DNA from: Podarcis cretensis
Taxonomy: Eukaryota
Assembly: GCA_951804945.1 (NCBI GenBank)
Contig: OX638153.1
Location: 67,890,001-67,954,000 of the forward strand
Direction: 5' to 3'
Length of the DNA: 64,000 bases
Positions 50,337-62,314 of the stretch are shown piece by piece. The position numbers and the translations under genes were made by a program. The notes beneath the pieces are model-generated. The model ran no database searches, was not told the origin of the DNA, and was given only the letters and a program-made list of their open reading frames with translations. The first letter of the stretch is position 1; each line of letters opens with the position of its first letter.

Positions 50337-51983
50337 TTTTAGACTAACTTTTTAAACTTTGCCACCCATAGGTTATTTTTTTTCCAGTTGGAGTCAGTGC
50401 TTTTCAACTCACACATGCTCTACCACAGAACTCCTATTTTCCATCCATGGTCCAACCAACAGTCAACCATGTTTCCTAGGTGCAGACCCAGTTCACATAT
50501 CTTCATTATGCCCTAGTTGTCCACCAGCTTCATATGGCATTGAACACCTTTCTGGTCACTCCATGAGCTCATCCAAAGGGCTTCTGAAACTGAATCTGGA
50601 ACCTCAGCATCACCACTGACAAGCACCTTAAGGCCACCTTAAGTGGTAAGTTTATAAGTGCAAGGTCATATCTCTTTGACTGTGTATGTTTATAATCTTC
50701 TTAAGCAACTGAGCAATAGGATAGAAGAATTCTGTAGGAAATCATATCAGGCCCTAGTTGGCTGGAGTCTTCTCAGTGATCTTGGTGACCTCTCATTAGT
50801 GTTATTATTACTATTTTACAAAAACAGTGTGAAACAAACCTGAACCTTGTGCAATTGAGGGTGGAGGCAGTTGGAACACAGGAAGCGGAACATCTGCAAA
50901 ACCACAAACCCTGAATTCTGGGCATTGCTCAACAAATCCGTTTATATGGGCTAAAATATTATAGCATAATGTCGGTCTGCAAAGATAGTCACCCAGTATC
51001 ACAAAATGCCACATGAGAACTCGCTCTGCTATCCTTACCCTTTACAGGAAATGCAGAAAGGGTTAAGATTTAGGCCTCACTTGTGGGCTTGCTGTCCATT
51101 TTCTTGCTGGTTATTAGATTCTTCACGGCTATTAGGTTTGTTTGAATAAGTTCTTTGTGCAATAGAGTTTTCCCACGTCCTTTCACTTGCTGGTTAGTCG
51201 CGTGTCCTAAGTCAGAGAGGAGCCATAGCCATGAATTCTTAAAGGAGATCCCGCCCGCCCCCTGCCCACCTCCAGAGCCAGACATCTGCCTTGGAGGGAA
51301 TTCACTAACATCTGCCATACTTACTTCCCCCTTCTATTTTCAAGTCTCCTTTTCTTTCCCTCTTTAAAAAAAAAAGTGCAGGAACAGATGTTTCAAGTTG
51401 TTTTCTTTTTAAATAGTGTGAAATGTAGACAAATACTAGAGAAGAGGAGGGGGCTAATAAAAGCAGAGAGATGGACCCCGTAGCTTTGGGAAAACCCAGA
51501 AAGAAAAGTATGGCTTTGTCTGTCCGGGGAAATGTACCTTTTCACTGAAATCTGGCACTGAGCAATATAAGAAAAATAAGAAAGCCCATCACAAAAGTGC
51601 CTCCTTGAGTAATGCACTTATGCAAATGACGCATTTGCATTTGTGTGCATATTTCCCATTCAGTCAACAAGCACAGATGTCATACTTTGCCGGAATGAAA
51701 AGTTATTTTGGACTCTTCCAAGTTTCTACAGTATCCATGAAGGAAAACTGGGGGAAAGGAATTGTCTCCGGATAACACGGGTCCAATGCTGTTCTTGACA
51801 CTCTCGGATGAATGAAGCCTTTTGTGAATGACCACACAGGAGAAAATAAGCCCTGCCTCTGAAAACTCTTGCACGCTTCATAGATGACAATATCATACAG
51901 GATTATAAAAGTAAAAAAAGGAAAAGTGAAGCTTCTGTAGCATAGGGGTAAAGAAATTCTAACCCCTGATCATGTCCCTCTGC

Positions 51984-52487
51984 CTGGCTCTGCTTGTGGG
52001 AGGTCCCTACTGCACCCACTGAAAATGAGGCAGCATTCCCACTGGAGGTGGCCAACATAAACTCTGAAAATGGGGCAGGGAGGGGGTGAAGCCAGGCTAC
52101 ATACCACAAATGGGCCTGATCTGTGCCTCTCTGTTGTGCTGGCCTGCAAGTACTTGTATGAATTTGCCTTCCCCACTAGACCTTGCTTATTCACTTCAAT
52201 GGAGAGGAATCTTCCTCTGGAAAGAGGTGAGGATATGTGGAGCTGAAGACAATAGGAAGCCCAGGCTGAACTTTGCATCAGAAGTCCTTGGCCTCACCTA
52301 GCCGAATGAATGGGAGGGACTGGCTCTGCTTGTGGGAGGTCCCTACTGCACCCACTGAAAATGAGGCAGCATCCCCACTGGAGGTGGCCAGTATAAACTC
52401 TGAAAATGGGACAGGAAGGGAGTGAAGCTAGGCTAGATACCACAAATGGGCCTGATCTGGGCCTCTCTGATGTGCCGACCTGCAAGT
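51984..52487. repeat. Local direct duplication of 168 bp (51984-52151 and 52320-52487)
   Basis: About 12 substitutions and no indels between the copies by manual alignment. Confidence 0.9.
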
Positions 52488-52561
52488 GGTGCAGCAAAAA
52501 CTGGCAGGTTTACTGCCCTTCCCCTTTTGCCCTAAATGGTGCAAGTTGCAGGGCTTTGAAT

Positions 52562-52780
52562 GAATCATAGAATCATAGAATCATAGAGTTGGAAGAGACC
52601 ACAAGGGCCATCGAGTCCAACCCCCTGCCAAGCAGGAAACACCATCAGAGCACTCCTGACATGTGGTTGTCAAGCCTCTGCTTAAAGACCTCCAAAGAAG
52701 GAGACTCCACCACACTCCTTGGCAGCAAATTCCACTGTCGAACAGCTCTTACTGTCAGGAAGTTCTTCCTAATGTTTAGG
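52562..52780 (-). mobile_element. CR1 LINE 3' end
   Basis: (GAATCATA)n = CR1 (ATTCTATG)n tail; CCTAAACATTAGGAAGAACTTCCTGACAGTAAGAGCTGTT on the minus strand (LNIRKNFLTVRAV). Confidence 0.88.
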
Positions 52781-52904
52781 AATGCAGCGGGGCCTCTTCT
52801 GCTCCACTCAGCCCAGTTGCTCTCAGCCAGGAGTTAGGATGCTCCCTTTTGGCCAAGAGCCAAATTATTGGCTCCTCATTCATAGAAACATTTATATACC
52901 ACCT

Positions 52905-53290
52905 TTGTTGTTGTTTAGTCATTTAGTCGTGTCCGACTCTTCGTGACCCCATGGACCAGAGCACGCCAGGCACTCCTGTCTTCCACTGCCTCCCGCAGCT
53001 TGGTCAAACTTATGTTCATAGCTTCGAGAACACTGTCCAACCATCTCGTCCTCTGTCGCCCCCTTCTCCTTGTGCCCTCCATCTTTCCCAACATCAGGGT
53101 CTTTTCCAGGGAGTCTTCTCTTCTCATGAGGTGCCCAAAGTATTGGAGCCTCAGCTTCACGATCTGTCCTTCCAGTGAGCACTCAGGGCTGATTTCCTTC
53201 AGAATGGATAGGTTTGATCTTCTTGCAGTCCATGGGACTCTCAAGAGTCTCCTCCAGCACCATAATTCAAAAGCATCAATTCTTCAGCGA
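52905..53290 (-). mobile_element. Bov-B LINE 3' fragment
   Basis: ORF 52915..53244 (RVPWTARRSN...KSRTRLND); (TTG)n tail on + strand. Confidence 0.93.
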
Positions 53291-54289
53291 AAGAATTTGA
53301 AAGACCAAAGTCTTGTTGAAAGGCATTGTTTGTTTCAGGGAGGGGAACTGAAAAATTGAAGAGAATTAAAGAATAATGTCCCTCTTCTTTCATGTAAGTG
53401 CTCTCCTGAAGGCGTACCTATTCTCTTTTTATGCCTTCACACTGCCTGATATGGTAAGATCACCGCAATGATTTTACAGTGGAGTCAAGGAGCTAGGTAA
53501 ACCAAGGAGCATCTTCTCCAGAGAGGAAAGCTCAAGCTGCAATCCTTTGTTATCCATGAATCTGATGTCAAGCCCGGGATCTATGGGAATTCCCCACCCA
53601 TTGTGCACAAGAGTTCTTGGCCTCTGCCCTGCCGTTGCCCTTTGGTTTGTCAGCCTTGTGATATGAAAAGGAGGGAGGGGAGAATAAGAAATGAAGTTAG
53701 ATGCAAGAGCAGAATTCCAGAGAAGCAGTCTTGGGAACAGCCACAAAAGGCTGTCCACACAGAAACCCCTGGAGCTGCTGAGGTGCTACCGTGCCACTAT
53801 TTGTGAAAGGTGAAATAGCTTCTCTGTTTCCACATTCTCTACTGGACATATGCTTTGCTTCTACAAAGGGAAGGACATATTCTGTGGTGGCACCTTAACT
53901 CTGGAATGTCCTTTCTAAGAAGGCACTCATTACAATCTATTTGGCACCAGCTGAAGGCCTTCTTCTTTGTCCAGACATTCTAGTTGGCAGATTATTTTTG
54001 GAATTGTTTTTATCATTCTGGGGTTTTTCTTTTGCCTAGTTCTGTTTTGTTGCACTTTTTTATAAAAAAGAGTTGCATGTAGACGTCGTGCCATCTAGCA
54101 AGTGAGTAGGAACTGCTGTTCTCCACAATACTGCTACCTTACTATAGAACTGAGCATGAACCAAGAAGGTGAGACAAGGAAGGATGAGCACAATAAGGCT
54201 GGCATTTATTTGAAGCCTTCTCTTCAAAGCTAAGGTGTCCTGCTTTACAGAGGACAGTCTCCTATTTGAAAGGCTGCCCTTTCCAAGTA

Positions 54290-54789
54290 CAGTGGTACCT
54301 TGGTTCTCAAACGCCTTGGTACTCAAACAACTTGGAAACCAAACACTGCAAACCCGGAAATAAGTGTTCCGGTTTGTGAACTTTTCCCAGAAGCCGAACA
54401 TGCTCCGTTTTGAGTGTTATGCTTCCGATTTGAGTGCCACACTTCTTTTCTGAGTGTTACGCTGAGGACTATCTGTTTTTGCTATTTCTTTTGCATTTTT
54501 GTGGCTTTTTGTTTTGTTTTTGTGACTGTGTGGAACCCAGTTTAGCTACTGATAGATTGCTTGTGTGACTGCAGTACATTGTTTATTGCTTTCATTTTAT
54601 GGATCAATGGTCTCATTAGATAGTAGAATTCATGTTAAATTGCTGTTTTAGGGGTTGTTTTGAAAAGTCTAGAACGGATTAATCCATTTTGCCTTACTTC
54701 CTATGGGAAAGCGTGCCTTGGTTTTGGAACGCTTTGGTTTTGGAACGGACTTCCGGAACGGATTAAGTTTGAGAACCACGGTACCACTG
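54290..54789. mobile_element. Tc1/mariner-type MITE (500 bp)
   Basis: TA|CAGTGGTACCTTGGTTCTCAAAC...GTTTGAGAACCACGGTACCACTG|TA. Confidence 0.9.
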
Positions 54790-55810
54790 TACAAGTTAAA
54801 GATAAACAGCCTTAACAAGGCTGACATTGTCCATTAATAGGCTGCTCCTGGACTGAAGACTGAGCAGTTCAATTTGTCAGTCTTCACCACTATGGTGAGA
54901 TATACTGTATTTCTGTTTAAACTGCAGTAATACTTTCTTTATTTGAATCTCTGCACATAAATAAGCAAATAGTACAAAGTTTCTGCATTCCCCTCCCTTG
55001 TGCATTGCACAAACTTTCCCCTCCTTCTCCATCACTGTAAGTACCGGTAGTCAATCATTCTCCTTTGAAAAATGTATCATTATGTGATAAAGTGCATGCA
55101 AGGAGTCGTGCATGCAGTTAATATTTGGAGGAGCAGCCATCTGTTTTTCTACAGCTTTGAAGATATTACAGCCTTTTAGGACTTGCGTTTTTATTATCGT
55201 ATTTTATTTGTGCAATTAATTGCTTTGGTATTTTCTTTTTCTGCAAACTGCCCTGTGAATTTTTATTGAAGGGTAGTATAAAAATCCCCTCAATAAATAA
55301 AATGGCCATGCACTGAGACTTCTTTCCATATTTCATTCATTACTGACATCTCATGTGAGTTGGCGGCTTGGGAAATCTGCAGCAGCATCAAATCAAAATG
55401 AAATAAAAATATAGAAAAGATTCTATAGCAAAGATTCGGCTGTTAAAAAAAACACCACCACCATAATTCTTCAATCGAATTGGGTGGAGCAGTTTTAAGA
55501 ACAAGTGAAAACTTCCACAAACATCTATAAATGTTACCCATCTTCTGACACCCCCCACCACATCACATTTGGAATGATAGCAACTGGTGGGTGGAATTTA
55601 GATCAGGAAGTTAATACAGGGAAAATAATTAGCTCCTTTCCCAGTACTGCTGTTCCCTCATACAGCTGGTTTTAAAACTTTTAAATGCACTTAGGAAGAT
55701 CAGCTCTTTTGCACAACATGCTCTCTGGTCCTCACAGGGCTTTCTATAACCATTGAGAGCTGAAGCTGGGCAACAATAACATGAAATACCATTTTGGGAC
55801 ATGTGCATTA

Positions 55811-56294
55811 TTGTTGTTGTTGTTTAGTCGTTTAGTCGTGTCCGACTCTTCGTGACCCCATGGACCAGAGCACGCCAGGCACTTCTGTCTTCCACTGCCT
55901 CCCGCAGTTTGGTCAGACTCATGCTGGTAGCTTCGAGAACACTATCCAACCATCTCGTCCTCTGTCGTCCCCTTCTCCTTGTGCCCTCCATTTTTCCCAA
56001 CATCAGGGTCTTTTCCAGGGAGTCTTCTCTTCTCATGAGGTGGCCAAAGTACTGGAGCCTCAGCCTCAGATCTGTCCTTTCAGTGAGCACTCAGGGCTGA
56101 TTTCCTTTAGAATGGATAGGTTTGATCTTCTTGCAGTCCATGGGACTCTTAAGTCTCCTCCAGCACCATAATTCAAAAGCATCAATTCTTCGGCGATCAG
56201 CCTTCTTTATGGTCCAGCTTTCACTTCCATACATCACTACTGGGAAAACCATAGCTTTTACTATACGGACCTTTGTTGGCAAGGTGATGTCTCT
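55811..56294 (-). mobile_element. Bov-B LINE 3' fragment
   Basis: RDITLPTKVRIVKAMVFPVVMYGSESWTIKK...FELWCWRR and C-terminal KSRTRLND, with frameshifts; (TTG)n tail. Confidence 0.93.
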
Positions 56295-57349
56295 AAAAAA
56301 AAGCACAATTAAAATATCTCTATATCTATATATTAAAAAATAGAGCAGATTAAAAACAATGCAAACAGATTAGAAGCAGCAGCCAACGAGAAGGAGACAA
56401 AAAACAGCAGCAGCAAAAGTCAACTCCCCTTGGTAGGTGAAAGGCCTGTCTGAACAACAAGGGCTTTGCCAATGAAAAACCAGAAAAGAGGGGACTAGGC
56501 AGGTCTCCCTGGGGAGGGAGTTCCAAAATCCAGGTGCGGTGCCCTTTTGGAGTATTCCTTAGCAACGGTAAGATTGGTAACATTTGTTCTTGTCAATGCA
56601 AATTCAGTGGCTTCTTCCGCACAAGTTCTGGAGATAGACAGCTGTGGCAGTTTCATGTTATCTGCACCTCTGTTGTCATCGGATAAAATGGAACTGACAC
56701 ATCTGCCTATCTCCAGGAAGTAACCTGGGTACTAAACTTAAGTTTTGCCCAAGGATCAAAAGTCTACCAGTTATAGCACAAAGCAAGATATGTAGGCAAC
56801 TCCTGAGAGATTACATTCCACAGTTCCTGTTTAGAAAACAGGCATCGGTGCCAGAAATAAGGCTGTGCGGGCATTTCCCCAGCACAAGGGGCCGAGCCAA
56901 GGGGGCATAAAATTGAGAAGATCCATAACTGAGAAGATCCATTGCGGGAGCCAGATGTTGGTCTCACACAGGGCGCCATATTACAAAAGATCACCAAAGT
57001 CTACCCCAGTTGGGCACTTCTTAATGCAGACTATTTTGATGGGAAGATCAAGAGCGTGAGATGTAGGATTCGCAGACCAAAAAAAGTGGAACCTGTACAC
57101 AAAAGACAACAAAACCACTAACCCCAATTGCCCAGGTGTAACTGGTTTTACCCTGTTGTAGCCACCCCTTCCATGGGAATCGGTGCCAATTGAGAGGGGC
57201 CGCACAGCCTTCACGTAGTGCTCCCATTCTCTGCTGTCTCCTTTACAAAAGATTTCTGCCAAGCATAGCTTTGTAGAGGCTGGACATCTGTCGCTCTTTA
57301 GGAGCGGGATGTGTGTGTGCGTGTGTACGATTTGCCCATTGAAAAGTAG

Positions 57350-57461
57350 TGACCTGTCAGCCTTGATTGATGGTCACAAGCCTCTGGTCTCAACCCCTCC
57401 TGTGGGAAAAGAGGGCTAGCCAAGCAATGCCTTCATTCACATGCTAATACCAGACTATAAA
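57350..57461 (+). promoter_or_regulatory. Proximal promoter of the HES6-like gene
   Basis: TATAAA 57456-57461; CSL/RBPJ site TGTGGGAA 57401-57408; N-box CACAAG 57375-57380; CTGTCA 57354-57359 next to TGATTGATGG 57364-57373. Confidence 0.7.
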
Positions 57462-57581
57462 TGCAAGCAGAGCAGGGCAATCATGTAAGAGAAAGCCCCA
57501 GAAGGCAAGGGGAGCAGCCAGCTGCCAAAGGGCTTTCTCCCCTTTCTCCCCTAAGCCTTGGGGCAGGCGAAGTGGATTACA

Positions 57582-57644
57582 ATGACTGCCACAACCCTGG
57601 CCAGCTGCGTGCAGAAGCTTTCCAACACCAAAGAGGAAAGGAAG
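57582..57644 (+). CDS. HES6-2: HES6-like coding exon 1 (MTATTLASCVQKLSNTKEERK)
   Basis: ATG in ACAATGA context about 120 nt downstream of TATAAA; ends AAG|GTATGT, phase 0, supplying the start of the basic region. Confidence 0.88.
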
Positions 57645-60600
57645 GTATGTCACATTCTGTAAGTGGCTTGAGATAGAAGATGTCTTGAGGGTTTAAGGAC
57701 ACAGGATGGGTTGTATCCAACTAACAGCCATCAAAAAGAATGGATGTAAGCTTAGGCATGCCCATTCATTTCAATGGCTCTACTCTGAGTAGGACTAATG
57801 TTGTGTGCAACCCTATGTGTTCACATTCTAGCGGTCACTGTTTCTGTGTTTTACCAGGAGGTAACTCCTAATTTAGCTCTCAAGCGACTAACCCACAGAC
57901 AGTATTGAGAGATAAGCTAAGAGCAATTTGGCACCAAAGGTAAAGTACACAACACATGGGTGTGTGCAGACTCTGACTGTTATCTGTACACACATATTTA
58001 ATATGGAGTTGTATATTTCAGTCCATACATGTGACCCAGGAGAAAAATATATCTAGTTTATATAAACTATATTTACTGCTCTTAATTTTGCTTTATATGC
58101 TTAATTTTAATCACAAACTTTTTTTTTTTTTAGAAAGTAGATTATTTGTGTGTAGAATTTAGTATATGCTGTTGTAGAAATGAAAGCCGGCAGCACTGCA
58201 GGGATTTAATGTTCCACCTGACCTGATTTCCATCACAATCAGCAGCAAAAATACAACTGCAAGTGGTTGTCAAAAGAATTGTCTGACTGGGTGGGTTGTG
58301 GAATGAAATTTTTAAGAAAAACCACAATATATTAGATTATGGGAAACTTGTAAAAAGCTTTTATGGAGAGTTTTATAACAAAGCTCATGCCCTGGACATA
58401 ATTGAAATCACAGTTTCCTGTTTCTTCCTTGGTAACTGGGTTGTTAGGCAAAACAAATTCAGCAATCCTACGCACACTTACCCGGGAGTAGGGCTTACTT
58501 CTGAGTAAACACGTATAGGATTGAGTTGTCAGTTTTCCTTGTCAGACTTTATACAAAATTGAACTAGGTGGAAATCTGGTGTATGGGTGTGTGTCAGGAG
58601 AGACAACCAAACTGGTAAAATACTGGCCACAGTGGTACCCATGAATTATTTGCTGCTATATGGAAAAGGCATCTGTTTTTAAGAACAAAAACATTGAAGC
58701 CCTATGTGCATTTGAACTGACAAGACCAGTAGCCAAAAGCAGGACCCAAGCTTTCCATGTAGAAAAGGTACTCTTAACATTCTCGCTCTAATCACTGTAG
58801 TTAAGAAAACCTTTGATTGAAAGAAAACGAAGGGAGAGGATCAACAACTGCTTGGACCAGCTCAAGGAGACTGTTGTTGGGGCCTTTCGGCTTGATGTAA
58901 GTGTCGGTTTTTAGCGTGCCTCTGCTCCATCTCCCTTTTTGCTTTATTTTTTCAGCATTGTTCAAAAACAATTCTTTGCTACTAATAACCAACTTTGTTG
59001 CTGCACTTTTAAACAGCAATCTAAACTTGAAAAAGCAGATATCCTCGAAATGACTGTAAAGCATCTCCAGAATATCCAAAATAGCAAAGTTATGGGTAAG
59101 TGGATTTATGTACTTGTATGTTTACTCTTCTACCCCTTCGTGTTTATTCAAACCTCTGTAACTTCTGCACTGCTTTGAACATTGTTCCGTCCAATCTTAT
59201 TGTTCGAAAAGTAAAACAGAAAAGTCAGAAGACAGTACTTTTCCAGCCTGATGTTACTGATAAAACTTTGTAAATTGTATAAAACAGTGACACGGAACAG
59301 TTTAAGCAGTGACTACTGGACTCCATGCTAAATAAAAAATACCAAGGCTGCAATCCTATGTATACTTACCTGGGCGAAAGTCCGATCAAACTCACTTCTG
59401 ACTAGGATATTATAGCACCGAAGGGGCCTTCTCAGACAATCTGCTTACTGTATTGTTTATTGAAGGCTGTCCACACCACTCAACATCTTCAAACAAAACC
59501 ACAGAATGATCCTATTTCCCAAACATTCATACTGCAGTCCTTGAATTGCAATTCTCACCTTCTGGTGTCTCCAGTGCCTCAGCAAGTCCACACTATAACA
59601 GTGTAAGCCTCTTAAAGAATGTGCTTTCACAAAGTACTTCTCAATATCCCATTTCTAGTTTAGTGTGTTAATGCAAAGCTGAGAGGGGGGAAATTACTGA
59701 CTGGGAGTGCCCATTTTCTTACATGATATCAATACTTAAGATAGAGGGCTGTTAGCACTGTTCATAGCCATACTATAAAGTATCGGTTGAAGTCCTTGCC
59801 TTTAAACAGTGCATGTGCAAGGGACTCAACGTGGCAGCAACAATAGTTTCATTTATGAAGTTGCGGTGACAGCACGTTGGGGCTACAACTAGGAATTCAT
59901 GGCTTCTTGTAACAGTTGCCTTGTGTAGTCTGGTGCCGGGACAACAGGCTGGAGCATCTCATTGGAAGTAAAGGCTTAACAGGTACTGAGATGGCTCTTC
60001 TAACCCAAACTAACCCTTGGTGCCACCTCCACAGAAAGGCCTATAAAGGTTTCCTCTTTAGGCTGGGAGCATAAGGTAAAGGTAGAGGGACCCCTGACCA
60101 TTAGATCCAGTCGTGGCCGACTCTGGGGTTGCAGCGCTCATCTCGCTTTATTGGCGAAGGGAGCCAGCGTACAGCTTCTGGGTCATGTGGCCAGCATGAC
60201 TAAGCCGCTTCTGGTGAACCAGAGCAGCGCACGGAAACGCCGTTTACCTTCCTGCCAGAGCGGTACCTATTTATCTACTTGCACTTTGACGTGCTTTCGA
60301 ACTGCTAGGTTGGCAGGAGCAGGGACCGTGCAACGGGAGCTCACCCCGTCGCGTGGATTCGAACCGCGACCTTCTGATCAGCAAGTCCTAGGCTCTGTGG
60401 TTTAACCCACAGCACCACCCGCGTCCGTGGCTGGGAGCATACATCTGGGTAATAATAGCCTTTCTGACTCCCACTTGGTGTAGGCTTGACAAAACAGCCC
60501 CAGATATATTTTTTCATGTGTAAAGTCCAAAGCATTGAAGATAAAATAACCAGGGTACCAAAATGAGGCAATAGAATGTAACGGTACTTGTATAGAGTTT

Positions 60601-61547
60601 CCAAGGGCTGTACATGTTTCAGAGGTGGTCCCCACAGAGCAAAACTTTGCCTGAAGGTATTTTGCTCACATTTTCAGCTAAGTAGCTTAGCAGTGGCTAA
60701 ATAGATATTGCCCAGATGTTAACAAAGACGGCAATCCTAACTCCACTTACCTGAGATTAAGTCATATTGAATTAAATTGGACTTACCTCTGAGTGGACAT
60801 GGCTAGGATTGGTTAGTGGCTTGGTTTTTAACACATTATACATCACTCTATAAGCAAAGGTGATACTGTGAACCTCAGAGGGTTTGTAGACCATTCTTAG
60901 CAACCAAATATATCTTGGTGAACTAAGCACATGAAACAATGATGTTTGCACTTGCAAAGAATACTAAAGTGCTATGCTGAAGCAGGCTATCAGGCTAGAT
61001 TATTGTCAGTGACAAGAGAATGTGTATTATATGAAAAGAGGCGACTCTTCATTATATTGGGCAGGGGTAGACTTTGGTTATAAACTAGAGTCTTGACTCT
61101 TTAATAACAGGAAACGTCTTCTGTTCTTGTTCAGCAGATTCCAAGATGGGGTTGGAAGCTCAGCAGAGGTACAGCACTGGGTATATCCAGTGTATGCACG
61201 AAGTCCACAATCTCCTCCTGAGCTGCGAATGGATGGACAAGACCCTTGGGGCACGGCTACTGAACCACCTGCTGAAATCCTTGCCCAGATCTAGTGAGGA
61301 AACCTGCAAGGCAGACTTGAGTTCTACCACCCCTGGGAACAGCAAGGGGAATAGCACAGGGTCCAACCAATCTCAGGATCAGTTCCAGCCCGCCGAAGAC
61401 AAGCCGGGGTTGAAAAAGCCATTCCAGCCCCAAACACCCTCGCACTGTAATCAGCGCGAGTCGTCTCCTCCCGGTCAGATCCTGCAGTCTCATTTTGCAC
61501 ACAATGGCATTAACATGGGGTCATTAGACATGTGGAGACCATGGTAA
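57582..61547 (+). CDS. HES6-2: HES/E(spl)-family bHLH-Orange-WRPW transcription factor, HES6-like (Hes6-2 / her8 / her13 class); join(57582..57644,58801..58896,59017..59095,61135..61547), 216 aa
   Basis: Four exons with GT-AG boundaries join in frame (63+96+79+413=651 nt): MTATTLASCVQKLSNTKEERK|LRKPLIERKRRERINNCLDQLKETVVGAFRLD|QSKLEKADILEMTVKHLQNIQNSKVM|ADSKMGLEAQQRYSTGYIQCMHEVHNLLL...MWRPW*. It has the basic-region proline, an Orange domain and C-terminal WRPW. The subfamily call is from recalled similarity to her8a/Hes6-2. Confidence 0.93.
58801..58896 (+). CDS. HES6-2: HES6-like coding exon 2 (basic region + helix 1)
   Basis: ctgtag|TTAAGA...CTTGAT|gtaagt; 96 nt, LRKPLIERKRRERINNCLDQLK. 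Confidence 0.95.
59017..59095 (+). CDS. HES6-2: HES6-like coding exon 3 (helix 2)
   Basis: ttttaaacag|CAATCT...GTTATGG|gtaagt; QSKLEKADILEMTVKHLQ; phase-1 end. Confidence 0.95.
60074..60428 (-). mobile_element. Sauria SINE in HES6-like intron 3 (antisense)
   Basis: AAGGTAAAGGT tail on + strand; 13-bp TSD GGCTGGGAGCATA at 60061-60073 and 60429-60441. Confidence 0.92.
61135..61547 (+). CDS. HES6-2: HES6-like coding exon 4 (Orange domain + WRPW)
   Basis: Polypyrimidine tract then tcag|CAG|ATT (NAGNAG); contains ORF 61146..61547 with YSTGYIQCMHEVHNLL and terminal WRPW-stop. Confidence 0.95.
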
Positions 61548-61843
61548 AACTTGTCTTGGAGAAACCTTATTTCTAATCTTAGACCCTCTTTTATATGTAT
61601 CTTATAGATATGCCTCTTTAAAACACTTTTTGGAGCAAGTCTGCTCCTGTAGGTGTACTAAAGACCAGGGTACTTCAAGCCGAAGTAAACCGCTGCGTAG
61701 CCTGCATTGTAGAAGGCTGCTATTTTATTGTATTTATTTAATGCATCTAAATTATTTTATAGAATCTTCTCTTGGGCTGTTTAGTGTATGTGACTTATAT
61801 AATGTTCCTTTTCATATGCTATTAAAAGAATTAACAACTTATT

Positions 61844-61849
61844 AATAAA
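61844..61849 (+). terminator. Polyadenylation signal of the HES6-like gene
   Basis: AATAAA about 300 nt after the stop codon, followed by T-rich sequence; ATTTATTTA element at 61732-61740 in the 3' UTR. Confidence 0.6.
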
Positions 61850-62314
61850 AATAGAAACCACAGCGAGATGCTGGCCTTGCGTTTATGCCCCTACTTTTCT
61901 TAACTTTTCTTATGCAGCTACTGTTAAATAGGAGCATATTGAGCCAGACCATTGATCCATCGGACTCAGTATTGTCTCTACACCGATTGGCAGTAGCTCT
62001 CCAGGATTTCAGGCAAGGATTTCTGCAAGTCCTACCTGGAGTTGTCAGGGTTTGAACCCAGAACCTTCTGTGTCATGCAAAGCAGACACTCTACCACTGA
62101 GCTATTGCCTGTTCCAAAACTGGGGAATTTCTACTTCCATTTCCCAGGATTACAGACAGTAGGGGAAACTTGTCTCTATTGCTCCACTGCAACTGAAGGA
62201 AAGAAGAAGCAGCAGATTGCAAGTGTTCTAGATGTGCAGAAGGCTTTTTATAAGAGAGAGCATTCAAACGTGCTGTTCGTCACCTGGAGTTTGAAATGGT
62301 ACTGTTTAGTACTG

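Noticed and set aside
41001-56171. Recurrent ORFs MTPWTRARQALL... and MDQSTPGTPV...
   Set aside because: These are antisense or alternative frames of Bov-B fragments, not a gene family.
57401-57442. HES1-type paired CSL site (SPS)
   Set aside because: The second half-site TTCACAT is weak and the spacer is about 27 nt rather than 15-17 nt.
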